Assembly (NCBI GenBank): GCA_046704485.1
Contig: JBJKRU010000229.1
Span: 1-39,863, forward strand
DNA length: 39,863 nucleotides
Origin: Candidatus Limnocylindrales bacterium
GTDB lineage: Bacteria; Chloroflexota; Limnocylindria; Limnocylindrales; CSP1-4
Direction: 5' to 3'
Position 1 is the first letter of the stretch, and every line of letters starts with the position of its first letter. This document shows, piece by piece, positions 1 through 8,922 of this stretch. A model generated the notes under the pieces. The model ran no database searches, was not told the origin of the DNA, and was given only the letters and a program-made list of their open reading frames with translations. Made by a program: the position numbers and the translations under genes.

Positions 1-2
1 TC

Positions 3-668
3 GACCAGGTGGCGATGGCGATCATGGGCGAGGGCAGCTCCAACCAGGGCGACGTGCACGAGGCGCTCAACTTCGCGGCGATCCACCGGCTGCCGTTCGT
101 GTTCGTGGTCGAGAACAACGGGTACGCGATCAGCGTGCCCGCCGAGAAGGAGCTGTCCGTCCGCGACGTTGCGATGCGTGCGGCAGGCTACGGCATGCCG
201 GGCGTCGTCGTGGACGGGACGGACGTGCTGGCCTGCTACGCAGCATCGCGCGAGGCCGTCGACCGCGCACGGCGTGGCGACGGGCCGTCCCTGATCGAGG
301 CGAAGGTGACCCGGCTCACGGGCCACTCGTCCGACGATCAGCAGACCAAGTACCGCTCTGAATCAGAGCTCGCCGAGACGCGCTCGCACGACCCGCTGCC
401 GATCTTCCACGACCAGCTGCGTGATGCGGGCGTGCTCGACGAGGTGGTGGAGCTGGAGATCGACGGCGACGTCGCACTCGCCGTCGAGGACGCCACCGCG
501 TTCGCCGAGGCCGAGCCCGACCCGGACCCGTCCACCGGCGTCGACCACGTGTTCGCCGACCCGTCGGCCGCCGAGGCGCCGCCGCCGTGGCACCCGCTGC
601 CGCGCGGCCCGTCGTCGGGTTCGCCAGCGTCGCCGCCCTCGGCGGAGCTCGGCGGGGGTCGCGGCTGA
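3..668 (+). CDS. bkdA1: 2-oxoacid (branched-chain-type) dehydrogenase E1 alpha subunit, 5'-truncated by the window edge
   Basis: ThDP-binding motif GEGSSNQGD...ENN and RLTGHSSDD loop. The frame is open from the window start, and the TGA overlaps the next ATG. Confidence 0.9.
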   Translation, partial: DQVAMAIMGEGSSNQGDVHEALNFAAIHRLPFVFVVENNGYAISVPAEKELSVRDVAMRAAGYGMPGVVVDGTDVLACYAASREAVDRARRGDGPSLIEAKVTRLTGHSSDDQQTKYRSESELAETRSHDPLPIFHDQLRDAGVLDEVVELEIDGDVALAVEDATAFAEAEPDPDPSTGVDHVFADPSAAEAPPPWHPLPRGPSSGSPASPPSAELGGGRG

Positions 669-1651
669 TGGCCGTCCGCACGCTGATCGAGGCGATCCGC
701 GAGGGCCTCGCCGAGGAGATGCGCCGCGACCCGTCGGTGGTGCTGCTGGGCGAGGACGTGGGCAAGAAGGGCGGCGTGTTCCTGGCCACGGACGGGCTGT
801 GGGCCGAGTTCGGCGACGACCGCGTCATCGACACGCCGCTCACCGAGTCGCAGATCGTCGGCACCTCAGTCGGCGCTGCGCTCATCGGGCTGCGGCCCGT
901 GGCGGAGATCCAGTTCGCGGACTTCATCTTCCCGGCGTTCAACCAGATCGTGTCCGAGGCGGCCAGGATGCGCTACCGGACCGTGGGCGGCGCGACCGTG
1001 CCGATGGTGATCCGCGCCCCGTTCGGCGGCGGCGTTCACGGCGCGCTCTACCACTCGCAGTCGGTCGAGGCCTTCTTCACCCACGTGCCGGGCATCAAGA
1101 CGGTCGTGCCGTCCACGCCCTACGACGCCAAGGGCCTGCTCCGCGCCTCGATCCGCGACGAGGACCCGGTGCTCTTCCTCGAGCACAAGAAGATGTACCG
1201 CTCGGTGCGCGGCGAGGTGCCCGATGGCGAGTTCACGGTGCCGATCGGGCGCGCCGCCGTGCGGCGCGCGGGCCGTCGCCTGACTGTCGTTGCCTACGGA
1301 CTGATGGTCCACTACGCGCTCGAGGCCGCCGAGCTCGTGGCGGGGGAGGGAATCGACTGCGAGGTCGTCGACCTGCGGACCCTGCGGCCACTGGACCGGG
1401 AGACCCTGCTGGCATCGGTGCGCAAGACGGGCAAGTGCCTCGTTGTGTACGAGGACAACCGGTTCGGCGGGTATGGCGCCGAGATCGCCGCCATCGTCGC
1501 CGAGGAGGCGTTCGACTACCTCGACGGTCCGGTCTCGCGGCTCGCCGGGCCTGACACGCCCGCGATGCCCTACAACCACGTGCTCGAGGAGTGGTTCATG
1601 CTCAGCCCGGCCAAGATCGCCGACGCGATCCGCAAGCTCGCGGCGTACTGA
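668..1651 (+). CDS. bkdA2: 2-oxoacid dehydrogenase E1 beta subunit
   Basis: LGEDVGKKGGVF, DTPLTE, AEIQFADF, HSQS and DPVLFLEHK motifs. TGATG coupling at 666-670. Confidence 0.93.
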   Translation: MAVRTLIEAIREGLAEEMRRDPSVVLLGEDVGKKGGVFLATDGLWAEFGDDRVIDTPLTESQIVGTSVGAALIGLRPVAEIQFADFIFPAFNQIVSEAARMRYRTVGGATVPMVIRAPFGGGVHGALYHSQSVEAFFTHVPGIKTVVPSTPYDAKGLLRASIRDEDPVLFLEHKKMYRSVRGEVPDGEFTVPIGRAAVRRAGRRLTVVAYGLMVHYALEAAELVAGEGIDCEVVDLRTLRPLDRETLLASVRKTGKCLVVYEDNRFGGYGAEIAAIVAEEAFDYLDGPVSRLAGPDTPAMPYNHVLEEWFMLSPAKIADAIRKLAAY

Positions 1652-2007
1652 TGGCGCCGGCGTCCGCCGCCGAGCTGGCCGAGGCGGAGGCGAGGCTGCG
1701 GGCCATGCTCGAGCCGTATGCCGGGCGGCTCGAGTGGGCCACCATCTACGGCCTGCCCACGCTGCGTCGGCCGGGCGCCAAGGCGCACGACTGGTTCGCA
1801 TTCGTCAAGCCCACCACGAAGCACGTGTCGCTGTTCCTCCTGCCAGTCCACACCTGGCCCGAGCTGCTCGAGGGGTCGTCGGCTGCGCTGCGTGCCCGCA
1901 AGTCTGGCGCGTCGACGTTCGGGTTCACGTCGCTGCCCGACGGGTTGGCGGCTGACGTCGAGGCGCTGCTCGCGCGGGCCTTCGCGCGGTACGCCGCGGG
2001 GTTGTAG
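1651..2007 (+). CDS. small hypothetical protein, DUF1801-like
   Basis: TGATG coupling to E1 beta and GC3-rich codons. The segment WFAFVKPTTKHVSLFLLPV...RKSGASTFGF resembles DUF1801-type domains (from memory). Confidence 0.6.
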   Translation: MAPASAAELAEAEARLRAMLEPYAGRLEWATIYGLPTLRRPGAKAHDWFAFVKPTTKHVSLFLLPVHTWPELLEGSSAALRARKSGASTFGFTSLPDGLAADVEALLARAFARYAAGL

Positions 2008-2106
2008 CGCTGGCCGCGCCTGTGACGTGCAGCAGCCGGCCCGTCGGCGCGTGGGTTGATCCTCCGCGTAAGCGCCCAGTGAGCGCGCAGTGGCATTGTC
2101 CGAGGC

Positions 2107-2845
2107 GTGCAGGACAGCGAGACCGGGCGCCGGTTCCGGGCATTGCGCCACCACTTGGGGCTGCGGCAGTCGGACGTCGGCGACCGGGCGGGCTTGAGCC
2201 AGGACGTCGTGTCGCTGGTCGAGCGTGGCAGGATCGTGTGTGTCTCAGTCCCGTCGCTGCGAGCGATTGCCCGAGCCATGGGCGCGGAACTGCGGCTGGA
2301 GCTGTGGTTCCGGGGAGGGGAGTTGGCCCGCCTGCTCGATGAGGGCCACGGCCGTGGTCGGGGCGGTCGTCCGCCGGCTCGGGGCGCTCGGCTGGGAGGT
2401 CCGGCCAGAGGTGTCGTTCGCGGTGTTCGGCGAGCGCGGCTCCATCGACGTCGTCGCCTGGCACGCGGCTACGCGGACCCTGCTGGTCGTCGAGGTGAAG
2501 ACCGAGCTCACCTCCGTCGAGGAGACGCTTCGCCGCCATGACGTCAAGGTGCGCCTTGCCGCTACCGTGGTCGGCGAGCGTTTCGGGTGGAGGCCGGCTC
2601 GGGTGGCGCGGCTGCTGGTGCTCCCCGACGCGACGACACCGCGCCGCCAGGTGGCGCGGCATGAGGCCGTGCTGCGCAGCGCCTATCCGCTCCGCGGGCC
2701 GGCTCTCCGAGGGTGGCTGGCCGCACCGAGCGGATCGGCGGCCAGCCTCGCCTACGCCCCGATTACGACCTCTGGTCGTATTGCGCGGCGTTCCCCCACG
2801 TCCCGACGCATCCGGAGGTCGGGCGAGACCCGGAGCGAGCGCTGA
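2107..2845 (+). pseudogene. XRE-type HTH fused to a PD-(D/E)XK nuclease-like domain, frameshifted near 2350
   Basis: The HTH (LRHHLGLRQSDVGDRAGLSQDVVSLVERG) is in the 2107 frame. The nuclease-like part (EVSF..FGERGSIDVVAW...LLVVEVKT) is in the 2225 frame. The junction reads GAG GGC CAC G GCC GTG GTC. Confidence 0.7.
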
Positions 2846-2860
2846 CCGCGCGCTCGCTCC
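2832..2860 (+). terminator. 11-bp hairpin spanning the stop codon of the HTH-nuclease gene
   Basis: GGAGCGAGCGC (2832-2842) pairs with GCGCTCGCTCC (2850-2860). There is no U-tract. Confidence 0.4.
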
Positions 2861-2866
2861 CGTCAT

Positions 2867-2994
2867 GCACGAGCCCGCTTCGTCTTCGGCGCGGTGTCGG
2901 GCTCACCGTCGCGCCGAGCACGATCGTGCGTCGTGCGTGGTGGCGTTCCAGTCGCGGAAGACCTCCTGCACGATCCAGCATCGTGGGTGGTGGC
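2867..2994. repeat. three degenerate palindromic units GCACGA-N7-TCGT(G/C) at about 50-bp period
   Basis: Copies start at 2867, 2918 and 2968. The last two also share the tail GTGGTGGC. Confidence 0.65.
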
Positions 2995-3040
2995 AGCCCT
3001 TGGCTCGCGTCTCGATACGGAAGTGTGGTCGTAGATGGGT

Positions 3041-3131
3041 GCGGACGTGCGCGCGGGACCGGGCGAGGGCGTGGGTGGCGGACGTGCGCGCGGGAGCGGG
3101 CGAGGGCGTGGGTGGCGGACTTGCGCGCGGG
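3041..3131. repeat. 37-bp tandem repeat, about 2.5 copies
   Basis: GCGGACGTGCGCGCGGGA(C/G)CGGGCGAGGGCGTGGGTG at 3041 and 3078, with a partial copy at 3115. Confidence 0.9.
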
Positions 3132-3264
3132 CGGGGACCGGCACGGCCCGGCCGATGTCGCGGCTTGTTGCAGCCCCATCGGCAGCACGACCGCGCGGGA
3201 TGCGCGACACTTGGTCCGCCCAGCGCCGGCGTCCTTGCTGGGCGAGCGATGGAGGAACCACCAG

Positions 3265-4764
3265 GTGGCCAAGGTGACAATGCCCCAGCTCGGCGAGAGC
3301 GTGGCAGAGGGCACGATCGGGCGCTGGCTCAAGCAGCCCGGCGACGCCGTCGCCAAGTTCGAGCCTCTCCTGGAGGTCATCACCGACAAGGTCAACGCGG
3401 AGGTCCCGTCGCCGTTCGCGGGCGTCCTTCGCGAGATCTTGGCTCCCGAGGGCGCCGTGGTGCCCAACAACGCCGAGATCGCGATCATCGACACGGGCAA
3501 CGACGCGGGCGATGGTGACGCGAGCGAGCCCGCGGCCGCAGGTGCACCCGCCGGCTCGACGACCGCGGCCGCAGGCGCACCAGAGGGCTCGACGCCCGCG
3601 GCCGTCGCCGCGCCCTCTGCACCGCCTGCCCCAGCTGCCATGCCCCCGCTCGGCGCGTCGGGCGGCGCGGCATCCCCCACCACGGCACCGGGGTCGCCGG
3701 TATCGACCACGGCCTCGGCCGCGCTCGACGAGGTTGGGGATCCGAACGCGCGGATGACCCCGGCGGTGCGCCGACTCCTGCGTGAGCACGGGCTCGACGC
3801 GTCGCAGGTCCAGGGCACGGGGGGCGGCGGCCGGATCACCCGAGAAGACGTCGTGGCCCGGGTGGAGGCGATCCGGACCGGCTCGGCTGTCGCGCCCGCC
3901 CCCGGCCCGGCTGTCGCGCCCGCCCCCGGCCCGGCCGCAGGTGCGCAGTCCACGCTCACGGGTGCGCAGTCCACGCGCGAGGGAGGTTCCGCGCCCGCCC
4001 GTGAGACGCGTCCCCGGGGGATGCCCGCCGGCGCCTCGATCGCCTTCCCGCCCGGCGCGGACGAGGTCCTGGTCCCGGCGACCCAGATGCGCAAGGGGAT
4101 CGCGGCGCAGATGACCCGCGCCCTCGCCGCGCCCCACGCCTACCTCCAGGTGGAGGTCGAGGTCACGCGGCTCGTCGCGCTGCGGGATCGCCTCAAGGGG
4201 TCCTACCAGGCGAAGGAGGGGATGAGCCTCTCCTACGTCCCGTTCGTGGTCAAGGCGTGCACCGAGGCCCTGAAGCGCAACCCGACGTTCAACGCCCACT
4301 GGACTGAGCAGGGGCTGCTCGCGAAGCGGCGGATCAACATCGGCGTGGCGGTGGCGGTCGACGAGGGTCTTATCGTGCCGGTGATCCGCGACGCCGACCA
4401 GCTCTCGATCCACGGCCTGAACGCCGCGATCAACGACCTCGCGACGAGGGCCCGCGCCGGCAAGCTGCGCCTCGACGACTTCGGCGGCGGCACGTTCACC
4501 GTCGACAACACCGGCTACCTCGGGACCAACCTGGTCATGCCGATCATCAACGTGCCCGAGGTGGGGATCGTCACGATGGAGGCCATCACCAAGCGGCCGG
4601 TGGTGGTGGGCACGCCCGAGGGCGACGTCCTGGCGATCCGCCCGATCATGAACATGGTCCTGGGGATCGACCACCGTGCGAACGACGGCGCCGCGGGGGC
4701 CGCGATGCTGCGCGACATCAAGTCCTGGCTCGAGGGCGTCGGGCCGGATACCGCGATCTACTAG
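3265..4764 (+). CDS. bkdB: dihydrolipoamide acyltransferase (E2)
   Basis: GGAGG at 3251 then GTG. Lipoyl domain MPQLGESV...TDKV, E3-binding domain TPAVRRL...GTGGGGRITREDV, catalytic DHR..DG, and Ala/Pro linkers. Confidence 0.93.
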   Translation: MAKVTMPQLGESVAEGTIGRWLKQPGDAVAKFEPLLEVITDKVNAEVPSPFAGVLREILAPEGAVVPNNAEIAIIDTGNDAGDGDASEPAAAGAPAGSTTAAAGAPEGSTPAAVAAPSAPPAPAAMPPLGASGGAASPTTAPGSPVSTTASAALDEVGDPNARMTPAVRRLLREHGLDASQVQGTGGGGRITREDVVARVEAIRTGSAVAPAPGPAVAPAPGPAAGAQSTLTGAQSTREGGSAPARETRPRGMPAGASIAFPPGADEVLVPATQMRKGIAAQMTRALAAPHAYLQVEVEVTRLVALRDRLKGSYQAKEGMSLSYVPFVVKACTEALKRNPTFNAHWTEQGLLAKRRINIGVAVAVDEGLIVPVIRDADQLSIHGLNAAINDLATRARAGKLRLDDFGGGTFTVDNTGYLGTNLVMPIINVPEVGIVTMEAITKRPVVVGTPEGDVLAIRPIMNMVLGIDHRANDGAAGAAMLRDIKSWLEGVGPDTAIY

Positions 4765-4766
4765 GC

Positions 4767-5834
4767 ATGAGCCGAGACCTTCCCGTCCTCAACGCCGACC
4801 CCACCCCGCACGTCCACGCGCCGGCGCTTCCGGCCACGATCGCGATGGGCGGCGGGCGGGCGGCGCTGCTGGCGCCGGGTGCGCCTGTGGCCGGGACCGC
4901 CACCGTCAGGCGCCACCCCGAGTGGATCCGGGCCAAGATGCCGGCCGGCGAGGCATATCACGACCTCCGGCGCACACTGGCGGGGCTCAACCTCAACACC
5001 GTCTGCCAGGAGGCCATGTGCCCCAACATCGGCGAGTGCTGGGACCAGCGCACGGCCACCGTGATGATCTTGGGCGACGTGTGCACGCGCGCCTGCGGCT
5101 TCTGCAACGTGAAGACCGGCCGACCCACCTGGTTCGACGACGACGAGCCGCGCCGTGTCGCCGAGGCCGTGGCGTACATGGGCCTCGACCACGTGGTGGT
5201 CACCAGCGTCGCCCGCGACGACCTGCCTGACGGCGGCGCTTCGGCCTTCGCGGCCACCATCCGAGAGATCCGCGCCCGCAGCCCGCAGATGGGAGTTGAA
5301 GTCCTGATCCCTGACTTCAATGGCGACGAGGCGCCCTTGCGCGACGTCATGCGCGCGGGCCCGGACATCCTCAACCACAACCTCGAGACGGTGCGCCGGC
5401 TGCAGAAGCCTGTGCGCCGGCGCGCCCGGTGGGACCGTACGCTCTCGGTGCTCGAGCGTGCCAAGGTGTACGCGGCCGAGTACGGCCACGCAGCCCACAC
5501 GAAGTCGAGCCTGATGGTCGGCCTGGGCGAGACCCGCGCCGAGATGACCGAGGCATTCCGGGCGCTGCGCGAGGTGGACTGCGACATCCTCACCATCGGC
5601 CAGTACCTGCGGCCGACGGCGCAGCACCTCCGCGTCGAGCGGTACTACCACCCGGATGAGTTCGCGGAGATGCGCGAGGAGGGCCTCGCGATGGGCTTCA
5701 AGCACGTCGAGAGCGGCCCGCTCGTCCGCTCGAGCTACCACGCCCGCGATCAGGTGCCCGGCGCCGAGGCGCGTGCGGCACGGCGCCGGGCCGTCGTCGA
5801 CGCCGACGGGCGCGTGGTGCCCGCCGGGTCCTGA
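4767..5834 (+). CDS. lipA: lipoyl synthase
   Basis: CQEAMCPNIGEC (CX4CX5C), CTRACGFC radical-SAM motif and C-terminal RSSY. Confidence 0.96.
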   Translation: MSRDLPVLNADPTPHVHAPALPATIAMGGGRAALLAPGAPVAGTATVRRHPEWIRAKMPAGEAYHDLRRTLAGLNLNTVCQEAMCPNIGECWDQRTATVMILGDVCTRACGFCNVKTGRPTWFDDDEPRRVAEAVAYMGLDHVVVTSVARDDLPDGGASAFAATIREIRARSPQMGVEVLIPDFNGDEAPLRDVMRAGPDILNHNLETVRRLQKPVRRRARWDRTLSVLERAKVYAAEYGHAAHTKSSLMVGLGETRAEMTEAFRALREVDCDILTIGQYLRPTAQHLRVERYYHPDEFAEMREEGLAMGFKHVESGPLVRSSYHARDQVPGAEARAARRRAVVDADGRVVPAGS

Positions 5835-5894
5835 CCGCGGCGCCGGGGGCCTCGGGGCCGTCGGCGGGGAGGCCAGCTCGGCTATCCTTCGGCC

Positions 5895-6950
5895 ATGGCC
5901 GCGTCTCTGTCCCGCAAGATCCCCCTGGCCGAGCTGCACTGCCACCTCGGCGCCGCCGTCACGCCCGCGATCATGTGGTCGATCGCGCACGCGCAGGGCA
6001 TCAAGCTGCCCACACGCGACTACTGGGAGTTCCGCGACCTGATCACGGTGCATCCGCGCCGCCCAAAGAGCTTCGACGGCTACCTCCAGCTGTTCCACTG
6101 GACCGAGCTCATCCAGTCGAGCCCGATCGCCGTCGAGCGTGCGGTGTACGAGGTGGTGGGCGGCGCCTATCGGAAGAACAACATCACCACGATGGAACTC
6201 CGCTTCAACCCGATGAAGCGGAACCGCGGCGGCGAGCAGGACCTCGACCACATCATCGCGGCGGCGGTCCGGGGCATGGACCGGGCGACGCTCGAGTATC
6301 CGGTCAAGCCCGGGCTGATCTTCTGCCTCGACCGCGCCTTCCCGTACGAGCTGAACGAGATCCTCGTGGAGAAGGCGATCTCCTGGCGCGACCGCGGCGT
6401 GGTGGGCGTGGACGTCGCCGGGCCGGAGTCCGCGACGTTCCGGGTGGCCGACTACCGCCGGCTGTTCCGCCGGGCACGCCAGTACGGGCTCGGCGTCACG
6501 TTCCACACCGGCGAGTCCGGCCCCGTCGAGGAGGTCGCCCGCGTCGTCGAGCTCATCGAGCCCGACCGCATCGGCCACGGTGTGAAGTCGGCGTACGACC
6601 CGCGCGTCATGGGGATGCTCCGCGAGCGGGGCATCGTGCTCGAGATCTGCCCCACGTCCAACCTCAACACGGGCGTCGTGTCCGGCTGGGAGGAGTTCCG
6701 CTGGATCTTCGACCAGTTCCGCCGCAACGGCGTGCGCTACACGATCAGCACCGACGGCCCGGAGATGAACCGCACCTACATCCGCGACGAGCTCGCGACC
6801 CTCGGGCGCCTGGGCATCCTCTCGATCGAGGAGCAGCAGCAGGCGGCCGTCACCTCGCTGGCGGCGTCGTTCGTGCCGAACGTGTCGGACGTGCCGCGCC
6901 CGACGCGTGAGCCCGCCCCGCGCGAGGTCGTGGAGCGGGAGGAGGCGTGA
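5895..6950 (+). CDS. adenosine/AMP deaminase family metallohydrolase
   Basis: ELHCHL, ELRF, HTGE, RIGHG, LEICPTSN and STDGP motifs. Confidence 0.88.
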   Translation: MAASLSRKIPLAELHCHLGAAVTPAIMWSIAHAQGIKLPTRDYWEFRDLITVHPRRPKSFDGYLQLFHWTELIQSSPIAVERAVYEVVGGAYRKNNITTMELRFNPMKRNRGGEQDLDHIIAAAVRGMDRATLEYPVKPGLIFCLDRAFPYELNEILVEKAISWRDRGVVGVDVAGPESATFRVADYRRLFRRARQYGLGVTFHTGESGPVEEVARVVELIEPDRIGHGVKSAYDPRVMGMLRERGIVLEICPTSNLNTGVVSGWEEFRWIFDQFRRNGVRYTISTDGPEMNRTYIRDELATLGRLGILSIEEQQQAAVTSLAASFVPNVSDVPRPTREPAPREVVEREEA

Positions 6951-7614
6951 TGTCCGGCTGCCCGGGATTCGCCACCCGATAGGTGCAGCAGCGGTCGCCC
7001 TCCAGGATGTGGCACTCGCGCTCGACGCCGGGGCCAAGCAGGTCGCGGAACATCGCGAGCTCGGCGCGGCAGGCGGCACCGTTGACGACGGCGATGTCGT
7101 GCACGGCGCAGTTGTGCTGCACGAGGCGGATCTCGTCGCCGGCGACCTCGGCCTCGGCGAGATAGCCCAGGTCGTCCTGCAGGCGGGCCAGCTCGCGCAC
7201 ACGGTCCACGAGCGGGGCGTCCGGCGGGAGCGCGGCGGCGAGGCCATCGCGCAGGGCGGTGCCGGCTTGGCGGCTGCGGGCCGCCATCACGTCCTCGAGG
7301 AGCGTGTCGCCGCCGAGCTCGACGATGGCGGCGACCAGTCCGGCCGCCAGGCCCTCGTAGTTGGACGGGAAGAGCCCCTGGGCGTCGTCGGTCACGTCGT
7401 AGAGGTGGCGCGGCCGCCCAACGCCGTGGCGCACTGAGGTGCGGCTCACCAGTCCAGCACCCTCGAGCGTGCGCAGCTGCTGGGCCACGCCGCTGCGCGA
7501 CGCGCCGATGACAGCGGCGATGGCGTCGGGCGACGCTGGCCCGACCCGCCGCAGGTGCACCAGGATGGCGCGACGAAGAGCGGGTTCGGGACTGCTGGGC
7601 TGGGGCGCTGTCAT
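6850..7614 (-). CDS. ArsR/SufR-like winged-HTH transcriptional regulator with a Cys-containing C-terminal domain
   Basis: N-terminal HTH and GVGRPRHLY wing. Cys pattern HNC...AC..EL...GDRCCTY is typical of SufR-like proteins. Confidence 0.82.
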   Translation of the reverse strand: MTAPQPSSPEPALRRAILVHLRRVGPASPDAIAAVIGASRSGVAQQLRTLEGAGLVSRTSVRHGVGRPRHLYDVTDDAQGLFPSNYEGLAAGLVAAIVELGGDTLLEDVMAARSRQAGTALRDGLAAALPPDAPLVDRVRELARLQDDLGYLAEAEVAGDEIRLVQHNCAVHDIAVVNGAACRAELAMFRDLLGPGVERECHILEGDRCCTYRVANPGQPDITPPPAPRPRAGRAHASGAARPTRSARTTPPAR

Positions 7615-7730
7615 GCCGGGCCGAGGCTAGCAGGAACTGCGGCTGTCCGTCCTGTGTGCGACCTGCGCGCGCCCTCGCCCGATGCGGCTTCGGGACGCCC
7701 GGCTCCGGACCGTCCGGTCACGCCGCCCGG

Positions 7731-8603
7731 TCACCCCGCCCGGATCAGGCGGACCATCAGCCGGTATTCGCTGTTGGCGCCCATGCACGTCTGCAGCGTC
7801 ATCGACGGCACGGTCTGCGCGGCCCACGCCCACGCGGCGTCCACGGTCGGGCGGACGAGCTTCCACCAGGAGACAGTGTAGGTGTAGGTCTGTCCCGAGT
7901 CGTCAGCGTAGTAGACCTTCATGCCGACTTGGAGCCGCCCGTTGAGGTAGGCGTCGTGGAGCGGCTTGAACACGCCAGAGGCGTGTCCCAGCAGGTAGAC
8001 GTTGTTCGCCCCGGCGCAGCCCCAGCGGTAGACGTAGTTGTCGGGTGCCTGGGACCGCGTGCAGGGGAAGATGGAGACCGGTTGGTTGATCCCCAGCGTC
8101 GGGATCCAGACGTGGTTGCGGCCCGCGTAGCTGACGGCCGCGGGCTCCGGCACGGGTGTCGGCTTGGGTGTGGCGCTCGCCTTGGGTGTGGCGCTCGCCT
8201 TGGGTGTGGCGCTGGCCTTGGGGGCGGCGCTCGGCTTGGAGGAGGCGTCGTCCGCCGGTGTGGCCGTCGGCACCGCAGCGGGAGTCGCGCTCGAAGGTGC
8301 GCCGCGCGTCGCCGGCGACGTGAGGCCCTGCATCCTCTTGGCGGCGTCCTGGCGCTGCGCGGTCCCCGGAGTCGAGACTGAGGGGTTGCCCCGCGCCGCT
8401 GGTGCCGGCTCCGAGGTGATGCTGGCAGTGCCGGCCTCGGCCAGGACGATGCCCGCCGGGGATGCCGTGGGCAGCGGATGGGTTGCCGAGCGCGCCGCGA
8501 GTGCGTTGCCGGCAGCGACCGACACGACGGCGACGGACTCGACGGCCAGCAGCAGGGCGAGCGTAGTCGAGATTGCGCGGCGCGGACGACGAGTGGAGGC
8601 CAT
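7731..8603 (-). CDS. sortase-family protein with N-terminal anchor and Pro/Ala/Ser/Thr-rich linker
   Basis: Hydrophobic N-terminus, IPTLGI strand, and His-Cys-Arg triad in LLGH, TLQTC and YRL. Confidence 0.85.
   Translation of the reverse strand: MASTRRPRRAISTTLALLLAVESVAVVSVAAGNALAARSATHPLPTASPAGIVLAEAGTASITSEPAPAARGNPSVSTPGTAQRQDAAKRMQGLTSPATRGAPSSATPAAVPTATPADDASSKPSAAPKASATPKASATPKASATPKPTPVPEPAAVSYAGRNHVWIPTLGINQPVSIFPCTRSQAPDNYVYRWGCAGANNVYLLGHASGVFKPLHDAYLNGRLQVGMKVYYADDSGQTYTYTVSWWKLVRPTVDAAWAWAAQTVPSMTLQTCMGANSEYRLMVRLIRAG
8161..8238 (-). repeat. 18-bp coding tandem repeat (PKASAT-like, about 4 copies) in the sortase linker
   Basis: GCCTTGGGTGTGGCGCTC-type units repeated on the + strand. 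Confidence 0.85.
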
Positions 8604-8922
8604 GGGGCCAGCATCGGGACGGCCACTCGCCGCATCGACGGCCCGTTCGTCACCCTCGTCCCGTGACCCGGAGCGGTCCCTGGAGGGGTTGCGTGCGGTG
8701 GCGGGCGGTCGTGTGCAGTACCCCGGCCATGACCCCTCCCCGCGTTAGCGAGGTCCGGCGGGCGATCGCAAGGCGGGTGCCCCAGGCGAACGGAGTCCCC
8801 GGAGCCGCACCTCGGAGGTGGCACTGGCACTGGCCGTACCGGCCGGCCTGCCGTACCATGCACGGGCCCCGGGCCCGACCGACTCCAGGTGCCGCCGTGC
8901 CCGAACGCCGCCAGAGGATTCT

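Noticed and set aside
2867-3131. Repeat arrays as a CRISPR array
   Set aside because: The units are few and degenerate or directly tandem without unique spacers, and no cas genes are present.
2713-3264. N-terminal extension of E2 suggested by the ORF track
   Set aside because: It runs through repeats. The RBS and the lipoyl-domain start point to the GTG at 3265.
8775-8800. CCGTTCGCCTGGGCA on the - strand resembling the 3' hairpin of a ZTP riboswitch
   Set aside because: There is no upstream GACTGGCG aptamer half.
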